NCBI GenBank assembly: GCA_030390025.1
Contig: CM059433.1
Coordinates: forward strand, 74,834,001 to 74,898,000
Source: Squalus acanthias
Lineage: Eukaryota
Length of the DNA: 64,000 nucleotides
Direction of reading: 5' to 3'
Position numbers and translations under genes: made by a program. Within the stretch, counting starts at the first letter, position 1; the number at the start of each line of letters is the position of its first letter. The notes under the pieces are model-generated. The model worked only from the letters and a program-made list of their open reading frames with translations. It was not told the origin of the DNA and did not search any database. This document shows positions 1 through 12,611 of this stretch, one piece after another.

Positions 1-130
1 GCGCCCCGCTTCCCTCTTGGGGCGCAACCACTGAAGTTCCGGCGCGGGGCTGCTAATTTTTTCGGGGCGCTAAAAGTCGCGCCCCGGCGAGGTTAGCGCC
101 CCAAATGGGGCGCGACTCAATTTTTACCCC
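1..130. mobile_element. End of GC-rich Harbinger-type MITE (family A), truncated by window edge
   Basis: Same terminal sequence (ggcgctaaaagtcgcgcccc...ctcaatttttacccc) as the copies at 6322 (inverted), 21760 and 36340. Confidence 0.75.
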
Positions 131-248
131 AAAGGATTTTAAAAGCATTTAGAGCTCAATCAAAAAGAGAGTCTATAATATATAAATTATTGAATGCAAT
201 ATGACTCAAAATTTATATTGAACATTTATAAAAGGCAAAAATTCTCAC

Positions 249-428
249 CCTTCTGGAAACAATAGGGTCAATATCCTTTGCATCATTGTAAGCTAATGTC
301 ATAAGATCAGCGTTAAGTGTTCTAATTCTCTCAAGCTTCAGACGAATGTAGCGAGTTGAGGTGAACTCCAGCAAAGTTGAGGATGGATCTTCAGCACTGG
401 GCCTTCCATTAATAAGAGATGTATGAAT
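249..428 (-). CDS. LAMA2: Laminin alpha-2, coding exon (probable exon 5)
   Basis: ttcAG acceptor and GTgaga donor, 180 bp. Encodes IHTSLINGRPSAEDPSSTLLEFTSTRYIRLKLERIRTLNADLMTLAYNDAKDIDPIVSRR. Confidence 0.95.
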
Positions 429-605
429 CTGAACACAAAATAGGGCAAACTTAATATTCACAAGCAAATACTCAACTTCTTGTTCATAAATGTTCTGTAG
501 ATATTCACGTCCATCAAATGTTTACAAACATGTCCTTTGGTCTCTGAACACCTATTAATATAATGATGTTACTGAATTAGAAAATGACAGTAAAAACTTT
601 AATAT

Positions 606-2702
606 AGGCCAGAATTGTCCAGGGGGTCAGCGGGTGGGATCGGTGGCAGGGCGGGTGGGAAATTGTTTTTTTTCACAGCGGGTCGGGACCCCACTGTGAA
701 CCCGCCACCACGCGCCTTTCCCAATGTCAGGTCTGTCAGCGCTGAGCAGACCCAAGATGCAGCGGCGGGGGACCCAATTCAGGTCATTTGTGGCTTGTTT
801 AAAGCCACTTAAGAATGATTTTCAGCTCACCTTTTGCATTTGACAGCTCGCCCACGGGGTCCACGCTGGTCGTGGACCATGTCTGTCAAGCTGAGGTGGG
901 AGTTCAGTGGCCAGTGAATCAGCTGATGAGTTGGCAGCTTCAAATGTAAAGTAAAAGCTCCCACCTCACAGAGATATCTTCCCTCAGCCACAAGCTCTTC
1001 CTCACCACATTTCCACAACAGATTCACCATGTTGCAAGTCTTTACACAAGTCTCCATCCAGTCTGACCTCATTACCTCTCTCACCATTGACAGATCACTT
1101 CTGTCATCTCTATTCACCTGCCATCTATTCCATCAGCATGGGTGCACTTTATACTGTCTCACCTTGGTCCTCAGAATCCCACCACGATCAATCCCAACAC
1201 CAGCAGCACCAGGCGCATCAGCAGCACCAACAACAACACCAACCTTCTCCATAATCACCTGATGCAACTCAGGACAGAGGGCATCAGCACCCGATCACAT
1301 TGCTGCCCAGGAGGCCAGGGATACCACGTCACGCCACGGTACTGCAGGCCTTCCTCCCCTTCTTAAAGGGGAGGGGCCTTGCGTAGCACGACCTGGGGCT
1401 CAGCTGGGCAACCAGGGATCGGAGTGCTGGCAAAAGAGCCTGGCACTCAAGAAAAGTGCCGGGCTCACGGAGCGCAGCTGGCACTCTGCGGGGGGGCGGG
1501 TCAGGAGGCCGGGGTCAGCAACGGGGGCAGGTGCTGGCAGGCGGCCAGCAACAAAAATGGGCGCCAGGCACCTCGCCTTTAATTAGCGCCGCCCCGGCCG
1601 CAGGCAGGCCCCCCTGACTCCGTCGGACATAGCGTCCGGCGTTAAGTCAGGGGACGCTACCAAAGATCACAGCCAGGGTGCGAGCAGGGCGCTGCGCACA
1701 GCGATGACATCATCGCCGGTGGTGCAGCACCGCGGGGCGCTAACGGTTACTGCTGCTGCTAACCTCCCACTGAATTTCACGGGAGGCATTGGCGGCGCCG
1801 CGCCCGGGCAATAGTTGCTTTGCGCCTCCCCTTAGGGCGCTAACGGGAGGCACAAAGCAACCGAATTTTTCCCCCAAAGTGTTCAAAATAAAGGTTTCAA
1901 TGTTTGACACCACATTAACAGAAACTTTACATCAACATTGCATAAAACACCCAAGTGCCTACCCTTGTGTGTTGTTAGTTGCTATGATTGGACTAGGGTG
2001 AAGGTGAGTGTGAGGGGTGGCTACTGAGATGGGGATGTGATAATGTAGATAGAGAGGGATGGGTGGAGGTGTAAGGTAAGTTGGTGTGAGTAAGGATGTG
2101 CAGGAGTAGGGTAGGGAAGGCAGAGTGATGGGGATATGATGAGTGGCTCAGCAGGATAAGGTTGAGTGTGGCTTTGTACTAACGTTTCATGATCTACTGA
2201 GAGCATTGAAAGGTTTGCGCCACTGCAGCCTGGTCCTCCTGACGACATCCCTGCTTGTGCCCTCCTGTGCAATGTGCAACCAGGCTGCGTTGGTGTCCTG
2301 GGGAGGTGTCTTCCGCCCATTGGAAGGGAAGAGAACCTCCCTCCTTGCTGTGACTCCCTCCATAAGCATATGGTGGGAGTCATGGGAGAGCCTGGGTCCA
2401 GCCGTACACCTCTGTGCAGTGATTGTCAGTGTTTGCAGCACCTCAGTGCTGTAGAACACTGACAGCACAAATGTCAAAGTAAATTTGCGCATGGTCCCTT
2501 TAAGGAAACCGGCTGATGACATGTCATCAAATGATGTCATCAGACCCGCTTCCTTCAATTGGCCGGCAAACGTGCTGGGCGGCTTAACAAGATCAATCAG
2601 GGGAAAATCATTTTGGACAGCGTGCTGGAGCCAGCAGCGAGGCCGGGACCCGCCACCGATGTCGCACGGCACAGACCCACCGAGGTTGGTAAAATCCAGC
2701 CC
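606..2702 (-). mobile_element. Non-autonomous PIF/Harbinger derivative with Myb/SANT exon (family M, copy 1)
   Basis: Imperfect TIRs (aggccagaattg / aaaatccagccc). Minus-strand RLSHDSHHMLMEGVTARREVLF...AWLHIAQEGTSRDVVRRTRLQWRKPFNAL. Colinear with 9762-11546 and 51603-53361. TSD not recognisable. Confidence 0.75.
1325..1875. mobile_element. Partial family-A MITE nested in family-M copy 1
   Basis: Matches ~6515-7071 and ends in TIR gaatttttccccc. The host element resumes at aaagtgttcaaaataaagg. Confidence 0.8.
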
Positions 2703-5097
2703 GAACTACTTAAATGACCATGCAAAACAATCCACACTTAAAATAAATTTTGGCCATATATCGTCGAACACCATAGAAATGTTTCACTTATTAAATTCTG
2801 TATAACTGGTATTTTTCAAAATATTAATTCACAAATCACATTGGACCACTGTGTTATAATAACAGTTCTTTAATGCACAAACTATTGCACAGTGGTTCAC
2901 AGATGGTTGAAGTAATTCCATGTCTGGAACTGGAGACATTATTTATTTGGATTACTTATTTCACTTATATTGAACAAGGGAGTTAATTTTAAAGTAATGA
3001 AGCTGCAGCAAATATTTTCCAGTATAATGTGAGCAACCGGAAATAGTTCTAATTTACAAATGCAAAACAAAGGACTCGATCCAGTCACATTTGTTTTTGT
3101 TTCCTTTGTACTCTAGAATTTTTCATATTACGACCACTATGTCAACATAATATGCTTCCAGATGTTGTTTTCATAAGGTTATTCAATATCTGGCAGTTAT
3201 GCAGCCAACACAGCTGGCTGATTACCATATTGATAAGTGGCAACTTAGGGGAAGCAGGGAAGCTGCTGATTGCCTTGTTCAGGATGGGCTCTGAGCCTGA
3301 TTGAATTTGCCACACTGTTTCAATTTGTGCTTATATTTCTTATGCCACTAGGTTTGCCTTTTTGAATTGATAGGAGGGGAAGTTTGTTCTTAGCACTGCT
3401 CCCTGATCAACAGAATGAGGGAGCAGCAGTGAAACACATTTCCCCTTTCAAAACAACACTTATCTAATGGCGAAAACTCATTTCCGGTGATCGAAAGCAT
3501 CACAAATCAGCTTTCTGACCTATCTTGCTGTCAGACCAATTTTCAAGGGAGAGGGTGTGAGGCTGCAAGGAATTATTGATATTTTAGGATTGTGGCAGAA
3601 ATGCATTAAATCTGTCCATTTTGAAATCCTTTACGACAGCTAGAATAAGGGATCATTACACATGAGCGTGGTCATCCTTGCTCATCCTCATCTAACTGAG
3701 CTAACCTTGCTGTCACAGGAAAGACTCCCTCAATGGACTTTCAGATGACTCTCAAGGAGGTTTAAAAAAAATTATAGTAGCTATTTTCCTTGGTCTACTT
3801 CCAGGTGCAGTAGATTGCCAGGATGTAGTGAATATCATAAAATCGGGCGAGTTGCTTTGCAAGTGTGCGCTGCAACCTGTCCAATTTTCCAACATCTGCT
3901 GTGCATTGGGCTGTCCAGTGCACATTGGCAAGGACCCAGAAAAATATCCCCTCATTTTTATGGTTCATGAGTTACAACTTTTTATATTTTTACCCTTTCC
4001 TTCAAAGCTCTTGGTGCAACTTTTTCATGACGTGGATGCCACTCTTCTTCAGCAGTCATTCCATTAAAATATGAAATACATCGAATTACACCAATCCAAT
4101 TGTGGGGCAGAACTTTCATAACTGAGTCCTGCCAGCATTGTACTCAACAAAACCTCAGAAATACTCAGGGGGCCACCAGATTGAATGCCAAATTTGGCCA
4201 AGACCAGGATAGACTGGATCCTGCAAGGGAAATCATGAGCCTCCACCTGCCCCTTACAAGGCCAGTGACATGGAAGAGGTGAGGATTCCAGAAGACTGGA
4301 ATTTCCATTTCCAGCCCTTAGTTATGACCTGCCGTGTGGTCGGTGCAGGAAGTGGGGTCCAACTAATGTCCCAGCCCAGTTTTGAGGTCTGCACATCCAA
4401 GAGGAAGACCAAAAAAAAAATTAAACTTCAAAGTGGCTCCTTTACAAAAGTAGCTGGGGATGCAGTTTCTATTAGTTTCTTACAATGGCCCCAGCATTCC
4501 CCCAGCTGACCACTTATGCCACTTTATGTGGCCTCTTCTGCTGGGGGCACTGCAAAAGGCGTCAAAAATCCACGCCATGAATATCAAAAGGGTCAGCGGT
4601 GGAGTATGCAGGTGGGTACATCCTGCCACTTAGGCTGGGATGCAGCCTCCTGTGGATTTTCTGGGTCTATGTGTCCTGCGTTTTCCTGCAGCAGACACTT
4701 GTTAATTTTTGTGCTGTGCTTTCCTTCCCTTCATCTGTGAATTGAGTCCGTAATATTTTTATTCAACACAACATGAAACTCCACATAAAAATTATTTAGC
4801 ACACCCATTGGTGACATCAGGTCATATTGCACGTGTGCAATGTTACGTGCAAGTCAGTACCTGCAGTACTCTTTATCCATTCAATTTACACTTACCTTAA
4901 TTACAGTATTTTATATAACGCTGATTGCAATGCAAGCAACATCAGTACTGTGTTTCAATGTGTGACTAACAACCTGACTTCAAACTCAACAAAAAGACTG
5001 AACACACCTCTGTCCCTCACATTACTCCAAATGACAGCATGTTCCCATGATAACTTTATAAAAGTGATTTGTAAACTATCTTAATTTCCAGCCTTAC

Positions 5098-5340
5098 CTC
5101 ACCATTTTCCAGAGGATGGATTTTTGAGTAGAATGAGGTACAAATAATTTCATCATCTGCTGTATACGATGGGTTGCCTGTCCGAGGCACAATGCTGTAG
5201 CGAGTAAGACATTCTGTATCTGTTATAGCGTAGTACTGCCATGGTTTGTATGTGATGCCATCCAATGAACGCTCTAAAATCCAATTCCCAGGGCGTGGAG
5301 AATTGGCTGCTTTTATTATAACATATGCAATCTGGAACAC
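5098..5340 (-). CDS. LAMA2: Laminin alpha-2, coding exon (probable exon 4)
   Basis: tatAG acceptor and GTaagg donor, 243 bp, phase 0/0. Encodes VFQIAYVIIKAANSPRPGNWILERSLDG...CTSFYSKIHPLENGE. SFYSKIHPLENGE matches LAMA2 rather than LAMA1 (recalled as SYYSRLVPLEHGE). Confidence 0.95.
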
Positions 5341-6321
5341 CTATAAAATATGCATGGTTATTTAGTATCAAACTCCCAGTAATAATTATATATCAGTAAA
5401 TATAGTTTTAAAGTGTTGGCTCATTTTTAAAACCGAATATTTTTACACAATTTTCTTTAAACAAAATACTGAATCTACTTTGCAGATGGTGTTGGTTTGG
5501 AATAACTTTAAATGTATGTTTCAACATTTTTCTATACAGAAATGTTATCACAAAAAATCAAAAAGGTGTGTAGAATAATCACTAACATGTGAGAAATTCT
5601 GATGCAAGTCTGTAGTTAATGTTTTTGTACACCAAATGACTCATTCTTTGACTACACCAGATAGACTTCCAGCGTTCACACTGAATTCTCACTAATTTTT
5701 ATTAACTGTTTGGCAATTTCAGCTTTACATTATTGTGCAGTACAGCTTTATTGTTGATCACCAATATTGGGCATTCTACAAATCCTTACTGCTGAAGTGA
5801 GCCAACACTCAGATTGCTATGTAGTCTGAGATTTTAAAAAGTAGCATTCGAAAACTGCACAGAAAGCAAGTCAACTGACAAATGTTAACCTAAAAATTAT
5901 CACACAAGTATCTGGCACACAACACCATGCTGCTACATCCTACAATTGAATTTATCTGGATTATAGCAACTCAAAGACCCATCTTAAAACCAGAATGTTA
6001 CTACATACTGTAGCTACCAAACAAGCATGTAACTGTAATATATACTGGTTAAAGAAAATCCTAGTACACTCCTCACCGCTTATAGCGGGCGCATTCATGC
6101 AAACACAATTTACCTGCATACGCAAATGGCCAGTGTAACGTGACAGCCGAGATCCTGGAAGTGTTTTAAAAAACATTGCGATGGAAGCCAGCCTTGCCCA
6201 CAAACCAGCCAGCATGGTGAGTTTCCGCTAACTGTGCCCGTTTTACAACCTTTCAAGGAGGCTCGTAAAATTAAACTGTTTGTTTTTTTTAGGCACCAAT
6301 AGGCTCTTTTAAAAGATTTTT

Positions 6322-7071
6322 GGGGAAAAATTGAGTCGCACCCCCTTTGGGGCGCTAACTTCACCGGGGCGCTACTTTTAGCGCCCCAAAAAAATTAGCA
6401 CCCCTGCGGCCAAAGTTTACCGGTAGCACCCCAAGAGGGAAGCTCCCCGCCTCCCTCTTGGGGCGCTGCGAGTGAATATCGCGGCGCTACATGCTGCAGC
6501 GCCACGCTCTGCGGCATGTCACGCTGCGATACTGCAGGCCTTCCTCCCCTTTTTAAAGGGGAGGGGCCTAGCGCAGCGCGACCCGGGGCCCAGCTGGGCC
6601 ACCAGGGATCGGAGTGCCGGCAAAAGCGCCAGACACTCAAAAGAAGTTCCGGGTTCACAGAGCGCAGCCGGCACTCCAGGGGGGGGCTGTAGAGGAGGCC
6701 GGGGATGGCAGAGGGGGCGGGTGCTGGCAGGCGACCAGCAACAAAAATGGCCGCCCGGCACCTCCCCTTTAATTTGCGCTGCCCCGGCTGCAGGTAGGCC
6801 CCCCCTGACCCTGTCGGACATAGCGTTTGGCGGTAAGTCAGGGGGGGCTACCGAAGATCGCAGCCGGGGCGCGAGCGGGCCGCTGTGCACAGCAATGACG
6901 TCATCGCCGGCAGCGCAGCGGCGCGCTAACGGTTACCGCTGCCACTAACGTCCTGCTGAATTTTGCAGGGAGGCATTGGCGACACCGCATTCGGGCGCTA
7001 GGGGCTTTGCGCCACGTTAACGCCCTTTTAGGGCACTAACAGGAGGCGCAAAGCAACCGAATTTTTAGGCC
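6322..7071. mobile_element. GC-rich Harbinger-type MITE (family A)
   Basis: TIRs ggggaaaaatt / aatttttaggcc, TTT on both flanks (3-bp TSD), repeated GGCGCTAA-type subterminal motifs. Confidence 0.8.
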
Positions 7072-7561
7072 TTTAAATATTAAGAAATATTTAATTTACT
7101 AAGAAACTGACACCAATGAAACTAGTAAATCGTTCTGTATAGTTTTCTAAAGTTATTTTCAGTGATTTAAAATTGGGTTACTCACATCGATGGACTGGAC
7201 ACTCTTATTAAAAATGCTTATTTTTTGTGATAAACCATTATTCAGCTGTATTAATAAAACTGCAGCAGGTTATCACAAATATCTCAAGAATATTTTTGAA
7301 TGCAAGGGAAAAAAAGTTAACTATTACGTTTTAAAACGCTGCCCGAATGCGCTGGTGCACAGAGGATTTTACGTTTGTGATTATGCAAATGAGTTTGAAT
7401 TATAACTTCACAAAACCGGCACAATTTAGAGTGCAACTTGGGCCCAGATTGCTGATTGCGCCCAAAGCAGAAACTCTACCCCCCTGATGTAGAATGAAAG
7501 GTGATTAGTGAGTAAACACAGCTATTTCTCCCCAAAAGAAACAGAGCATTTAAGACGCTAT

Positions 7562-8163
7562 GGGGGAGAAATTGGGTAGCTAACGGGGCGCAAAACAACT
7601 AGCGCCCACTGCCGATGCCTCCTGCAAAATTCAGTGGAGGTTAGCGGCGGAGATAACTGGTAGTGCCCCACGGTGTTGCGCCGCCGGCGATGACGTCATC
7701 GGCGTGCGCAGCGCCCCGGCCACGATCTTCGGGAGCGCCCCCTGACTTACCGCTGGACGCTATGTCCGACGGGGTCGGGGGGGGCCTACCTGCGGCCGGG
7801 GAGGCGCTATTTAAAGGGGAGGTGCCAGGCGGCCATTTTTGTTGCTGGCCGCCTGCCAGCACCTGCCTGCCTCCCCCCGTGGTGTGCCGGCTGCACTCCA
7901 AGAGCCCGGCACTTCTCTTGAGTGCTGGGCTCTTTTGCCGGCACTCCCAATCCCCAGGGGCCCAGCCGGGCCCCAGGTCGCGCTGCACAAGGCCCCACCC
8001 CTTTAAGAAGGGGAGGAAGGCCTGCAATACTGCGGCACGATATTGACTCGCAGCGCCCCAAGAGGGATGCGGGGTGCTTCCAGTAGCGCCCCGTTTCCCT
8101 CTTGGGGCGCAACCACTCAATTTCCGGCGCACGCCCCAGCGAAGTTATCTCAATTTTTAGCCC
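7562..8163. mobile_element. Family-A MITE, inverted relative to 6322-7071
   Basis: TIRs gggggagaaattg / caatttttagccc, TAT TSD (7559-7561, 8164-8166). Confidence 0.8.
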
Positions 8164-9302
8164 TATAACTGGCAAAGTTGAAATCATCGTTAACGCAAAT
8201 GGATAATGACTGTCGCTTTTTGGCCAATATAAGCGACTGCCCGTTTTAAACATGGACGTTTTAAGTGGTGAGGGCTGTAATGCTCTGGGAAAAAAACCTA
8301 CTCTCTGATATATGATGCTTTGCATCTCATTGCTTTACTATGTTTCATCTTTACACCCCATCAGCAAAGCTCAGAGGATTCAGTGCAGTTTTTGAAGTTG
8401 CCTTGGATTCCACTGTAGCCAAAGGATGACCAGGTTCACCCATCACTGTAATACAGCAGGTTTGTTGCAACAATATACCACATGACTGATTCGAGGTAAA
8501 ATTATTACATGCCCCAATTATATTGAAAGGTACAGGCCTCATACTATAATTGTAGCGCTATTTACCCACCGCTTTATAAAATTTGCTTAAGATGCAAATA
8601 ACTTTGTTGTTGCCTCCCCAAAATCTTTAAGTACAAGTAATTTACATTATAAAATCTTCCTTCTTTTTGTAGTTACGTCTATATATTAACAATCTTCTAT
8701 ATAACATGCACTTCCTATCCACAAGCCACGCGTCCTGTGTCATGATTCAATCAACATCTTTGATACTAATATTGAATATTAGAAAGCCATAAGTAAACAT
8801 TTATATTGGTAATCTGTATGTAAACATTTATGTAGTGAAAACCCTATATAGCATGTAAACATTTCACCATCACGGTTCGTTGATGAACCAATCAAAACAT
8901 TCAAGATGGTTTTACAAATTTTTTTATCCAGGAACAGAAATTTTAATGTCAAATAAAATCAAAAATATTAGATATTTCACAATAATAATAAATTTACCCA
9001 CCAAATTGTCTTGTTTTTGCGTATTTCAATACCTTCATTTTTTTTTCTTCAAGGCCTCAGCCTGACTTCTAAACTTGGGTTTCAACTGATATTTTTACCT
9101 CACAGCATTCGGAAAAAGATTTCAATGACGTATGTGCATTTTCAGGATGTGCTTTTGCAGAATTCTAGCATGCAATCTGTGCATCAGTATGAATTAATGG
9201 CCCCTCATCCTGTGAGGGTTTGAGAGTTTCTTTGCTTTTTTAAAAAGACTGAACAAAATGTAGATTGAATTCTCAAAGTTTTATTTCAGGCAAGTTCTGA
9301 TT

Positions 9303-11645
9303 AAAAATAACAACAGAAAACGCTGGAAAAACTCAGCAGGCCAGGCAGCATCCGTGGAGAGAGAAACAGAGTTAACGTTTCAGGTTGAAGACCTTTAGTC
9401 AGAACTGGAAAAAAGCAGGAAATGGAACAGATTTTAAAGCAAGTTTAGGGGCTGGGAAATGGGGGAGGGTTGAAAGAACAAAAGGGAAGGTCAGTGATAG
9501 GATGGAAGGCAGGAGAAGTAAAGAGGCATTAAGAGATATTCAAGGCAAGAGGAGGTGGTAATGGGACAGGTTAAGGAACAAAGGATGGCTCTAGATGAAG
9601 TGTGAATTGCGCTGACAGAATGAAGGACAGCTGCCATGTGGGAGGGAAGAAAAAAAGGCACAAACAAAAAGTGTGGATAAAAATATATATATGTGATAGG
9701 GGCCGATGTTATGATCTGAAATTGTTCTGATTACAGTTCATTGACCTGAAACGTTAACCCTAGGCTGGATCTTGCAGGGGGTCAGCGGGCACGATCGGTG
9801 GTAGGTTGGGTTGGAAAGTGATTTTTTTCCCCAGTGGGTCAGGACCCCGCTGTGAACCCGCCCCCACACGCCTTTGCCAAATGTCAGGTCTATCAGTGCT
9901 GAGCAGACCCGACACGCAGCAGCGGGGGAGGCAATTAAAATCATTCGTGGCTTGTTTACAGCCACTTATCAATGTTTCTTTCCCAGCTTTTTGGATTTGA
10001 CAGGTCACCCACCGGTTTCCCGCTGTGCCTAGACCTCATCTGTGAAGCTGAGGCAGGAGGTCAGTGGCCATTGAATCAGCTGTTGAGTTGACAGCTTCAA
10101 ATGTCAAGTCAAAGCTCCCAGCTGATTGAGACATGATCCCTTAACCACTAGCTTCTGTAAACTGCATTTCCACTACAGATTCAGGATGCTGCAAGTCTTT
10201 ACACAAGTCTCCATCCAGTCTGACCTCATTACCTCTCCCATCATTGACAGATCGCTTCTGTCATCTCTACTTTACCTGCCAGCTATTCCATCAGCATGGG
10301 TGCCCTTGAAACTCTCTCACCTTGGTCCTCAGAATCCCACCACGATCAGCCCCAACACCAGCATCACCAGACACACCAGCATCACCAGGCACACCAGCAG
10401 CACCAACAACTCCACCAACCTTCTCCGCAATCACCTGATGCTGCACAGCACACAGGGCATCAGCACCCGACCACATTGTTGCCCGGGAGGCCAGGATGGC
10501 CTCACCATGGCCAGATTTACTTCACTTGATGCTGTACACTCTGACTGCCACATGATGCGCCAGGTTGGCACCACCCCACACCATAAACCATCCCTACAAT
10601 GCCCAAGCCATTCCTTTCACACTCATCACCATTGCGGGGGGTACCGTTATCTCTCACCATTCACTGCAACTCACTAAGCCACTTCCAAAGGTGCACACAT
10701 ATCTGTCCAAGAACGCAAAGTGTTCAAAATAAAGGTTTCAATGCTTGACACCGCAGTAACAGAAATGTTACATCAACATTGCATAAAACACCCAAGTAGC
10801 TACCTTGTGTGTTGTTAGTTGGTATGATTGCACTAGGATGAGGGTGAGTGTGAGGGGTGGCTAGTGAGATAGGGATGTGATAATGTAGATAGAGAGGGAT
10901 GGATGGAGGTGCAAGGTAAATTGGTATGAGGGTAAGGATGTGCAGGAGTAGGGTAGGGAAGGCAGAGTGATGGGGATGTGATGAGAAGCACAGCTGGATG
11001 AGGTTGAGTGTGGCTTTGTACTAACATTTTGTGATCTACTGAGATCATTGAAATGTCTGCGGCACTGCACCCAGGTCCTCCTGACCACATCCCTGCTTGT
11101 ACCCTGCTCTGCAATGTGCAACCAGGCAGTGTTGATCTCCTGGGGAGGTCTCTTCCACCCATGGGAAGGGAAGAGGACCTCCCTGTGTGCTGTGGCTCCC
11201 TCCATAAGCATATGGAGGGAGTCATGGGAGAGCCTGGGTGCAGCCCTGTGCCTTTGTGCAATCATTGTCAGTGTTTGCAGCAACTCAATGCTGTAGAACA
11301 CTGACAGCACCAACGTCAAAATAAAGTTGGCCATGGTCCCTTTAAGGAAACCGGCTGATGACGCGTCATCAAATGACATCACCAGACCCGCTTCCTCTAA
11401 TTGACCGGGAAACATGCTGGGCGGGCTTAAGGAGCCCAATCTCAGGAAATTCATTTCAGAGGCTGGGATGGAGCCAGCAGCGGGGTCGGGACCTGCCACC
11501 GACGTCGCCCACCACGGACCCACCAAGGTTCGTAAAATCGCAGCCTCTGTTTCTCTTGCCACAGAAGCTGCCTGACCTGCTGAGTATTTCCAGCATTTTC
11601 TGTTTTTATTTCAGATTTCCTGCATCTGCAGTATTTTTCTTTTGT
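9303..11645. mobile_element. Penelope-like element remnant with inverted terminal segments, split by a family-M insertion
   Basis: 9311-9408 (acagaaaacgctggaaaaactcagcagg...gttaacgtttcagg) is the reverse complement of 9724-9761 joined to 11546-11605. Both carry a CTGANxA...GAAAC hammerhead-like core. Family assignment is from recall of Penelope pseudo-LTR architecture. Confidence 0.55.
9762..11546 (-). mobile_element. Non-autonomous Harbinger derivative with Myb/SANT exon (family M, copy 2)
   Basis: TIRs aggctggatctt / aaaatcgcagcc, CCT/TCT TSD. Open frame 11265-11026 MIAQRHRAAPRLSHDSLHMLMEG...AWLHIAEQGTSRDVVRRTWVQCRRHFNDLSRS has the Myb/SANT-like (MSANTD/NAIF1-type) W...W-QC-R-FNDL pattern. 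Confidence 0.8.
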
Positions 11646-12611
11646 TTAAGTGATGACATTTATTTAAGTTCATTAACAATTGTGCTTTTCTGGTCTGAGC
11701 TGTCACAGACAACTGTGATTAGTAGCACCTGCAATTGTAGTTTTTTTGTTGAAGTTTGGAAAAGAAAACTCAGATTGTTTGTCGAGGGTGGATTTCTTTT
11801 TTTTACTCACACACTCATTTATTTCCTTAGAAAGTTCATTTAAAAATTACTCTTCATTTTTGAGGTTTAAGGAATTTCTTTAATATAAAAACTTGTAAAA
11901 TGTTTGAATGATTAAGATTTGAAAGTTCTCTGGGGTAATTTGTTGATGAAAGTCTGTGTTTATTAAAGACTACACAAATGGGCAAGCTCATTAATAGTGC
12001 ACTAAAGAGTAATTTTTCCACCCATATGCATGCCAAGAGTGCAATAAATTTAGTGGAGGGAAAATTATATGCCAGTTTCACAGTATGTTTTCTGAATGTG
12101 TGCTGGGAGTGCAGAAGTAGATAATCTATCCATAAATGCTTAAAGGCAAGAACTGTTGATGATGTGGGGGAAAAAGAAAAGGGCTGCAGACTGGTCAGGG
12201 CAGGAGGCTGATGGGTGGGAACATTGTGGGAGGGTGGTGTCCAAAAGAAACCAATTACATGTTTGTGTCCCATTCTCCTGGTCCCCACTCCCTCACAAGG
12301 CTGCCAGATCCCATAACATTTGAATAATGCCAAACTCTTCCCTAATGCTCCAAAATCCCCTCTCCAGTCCGGCTGGACACCATCGCTCCTCTTGTCAGTT
12401 CCCTCCATTCCCACAATGCACCTCTCAAACACACCAAATTTGTCAACAGCAGCTACGAATTCTCCACACTCAGGCTCAGGTGAAATTGAAAACTCAAGCT
12501 CAGTGTCAAGACAGAAGGACTGACGCATGCACAGGGATTTGTTTACAGGTGTTTCCAACAATAAGTAATGACATTTATGGGTAAATGAATTGATTTTCTT
12601 TCAGAATTGTA

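Noticed and set aside
6395-8325. Recurrent ORFs such as QQQKWPPGTSPL and GGHFCCWPPAST as a protein family
   Set aside because: They arise from GC-rich, stop-poor MITE copies, open on both strands with inconsistent frames and no recognisable domain.
11854-12561. 235-aa minus-strand ORF
   Set aside because: No recognisable motifs or splice context; probably a chance frame in intronic or decayed repeat DNA.
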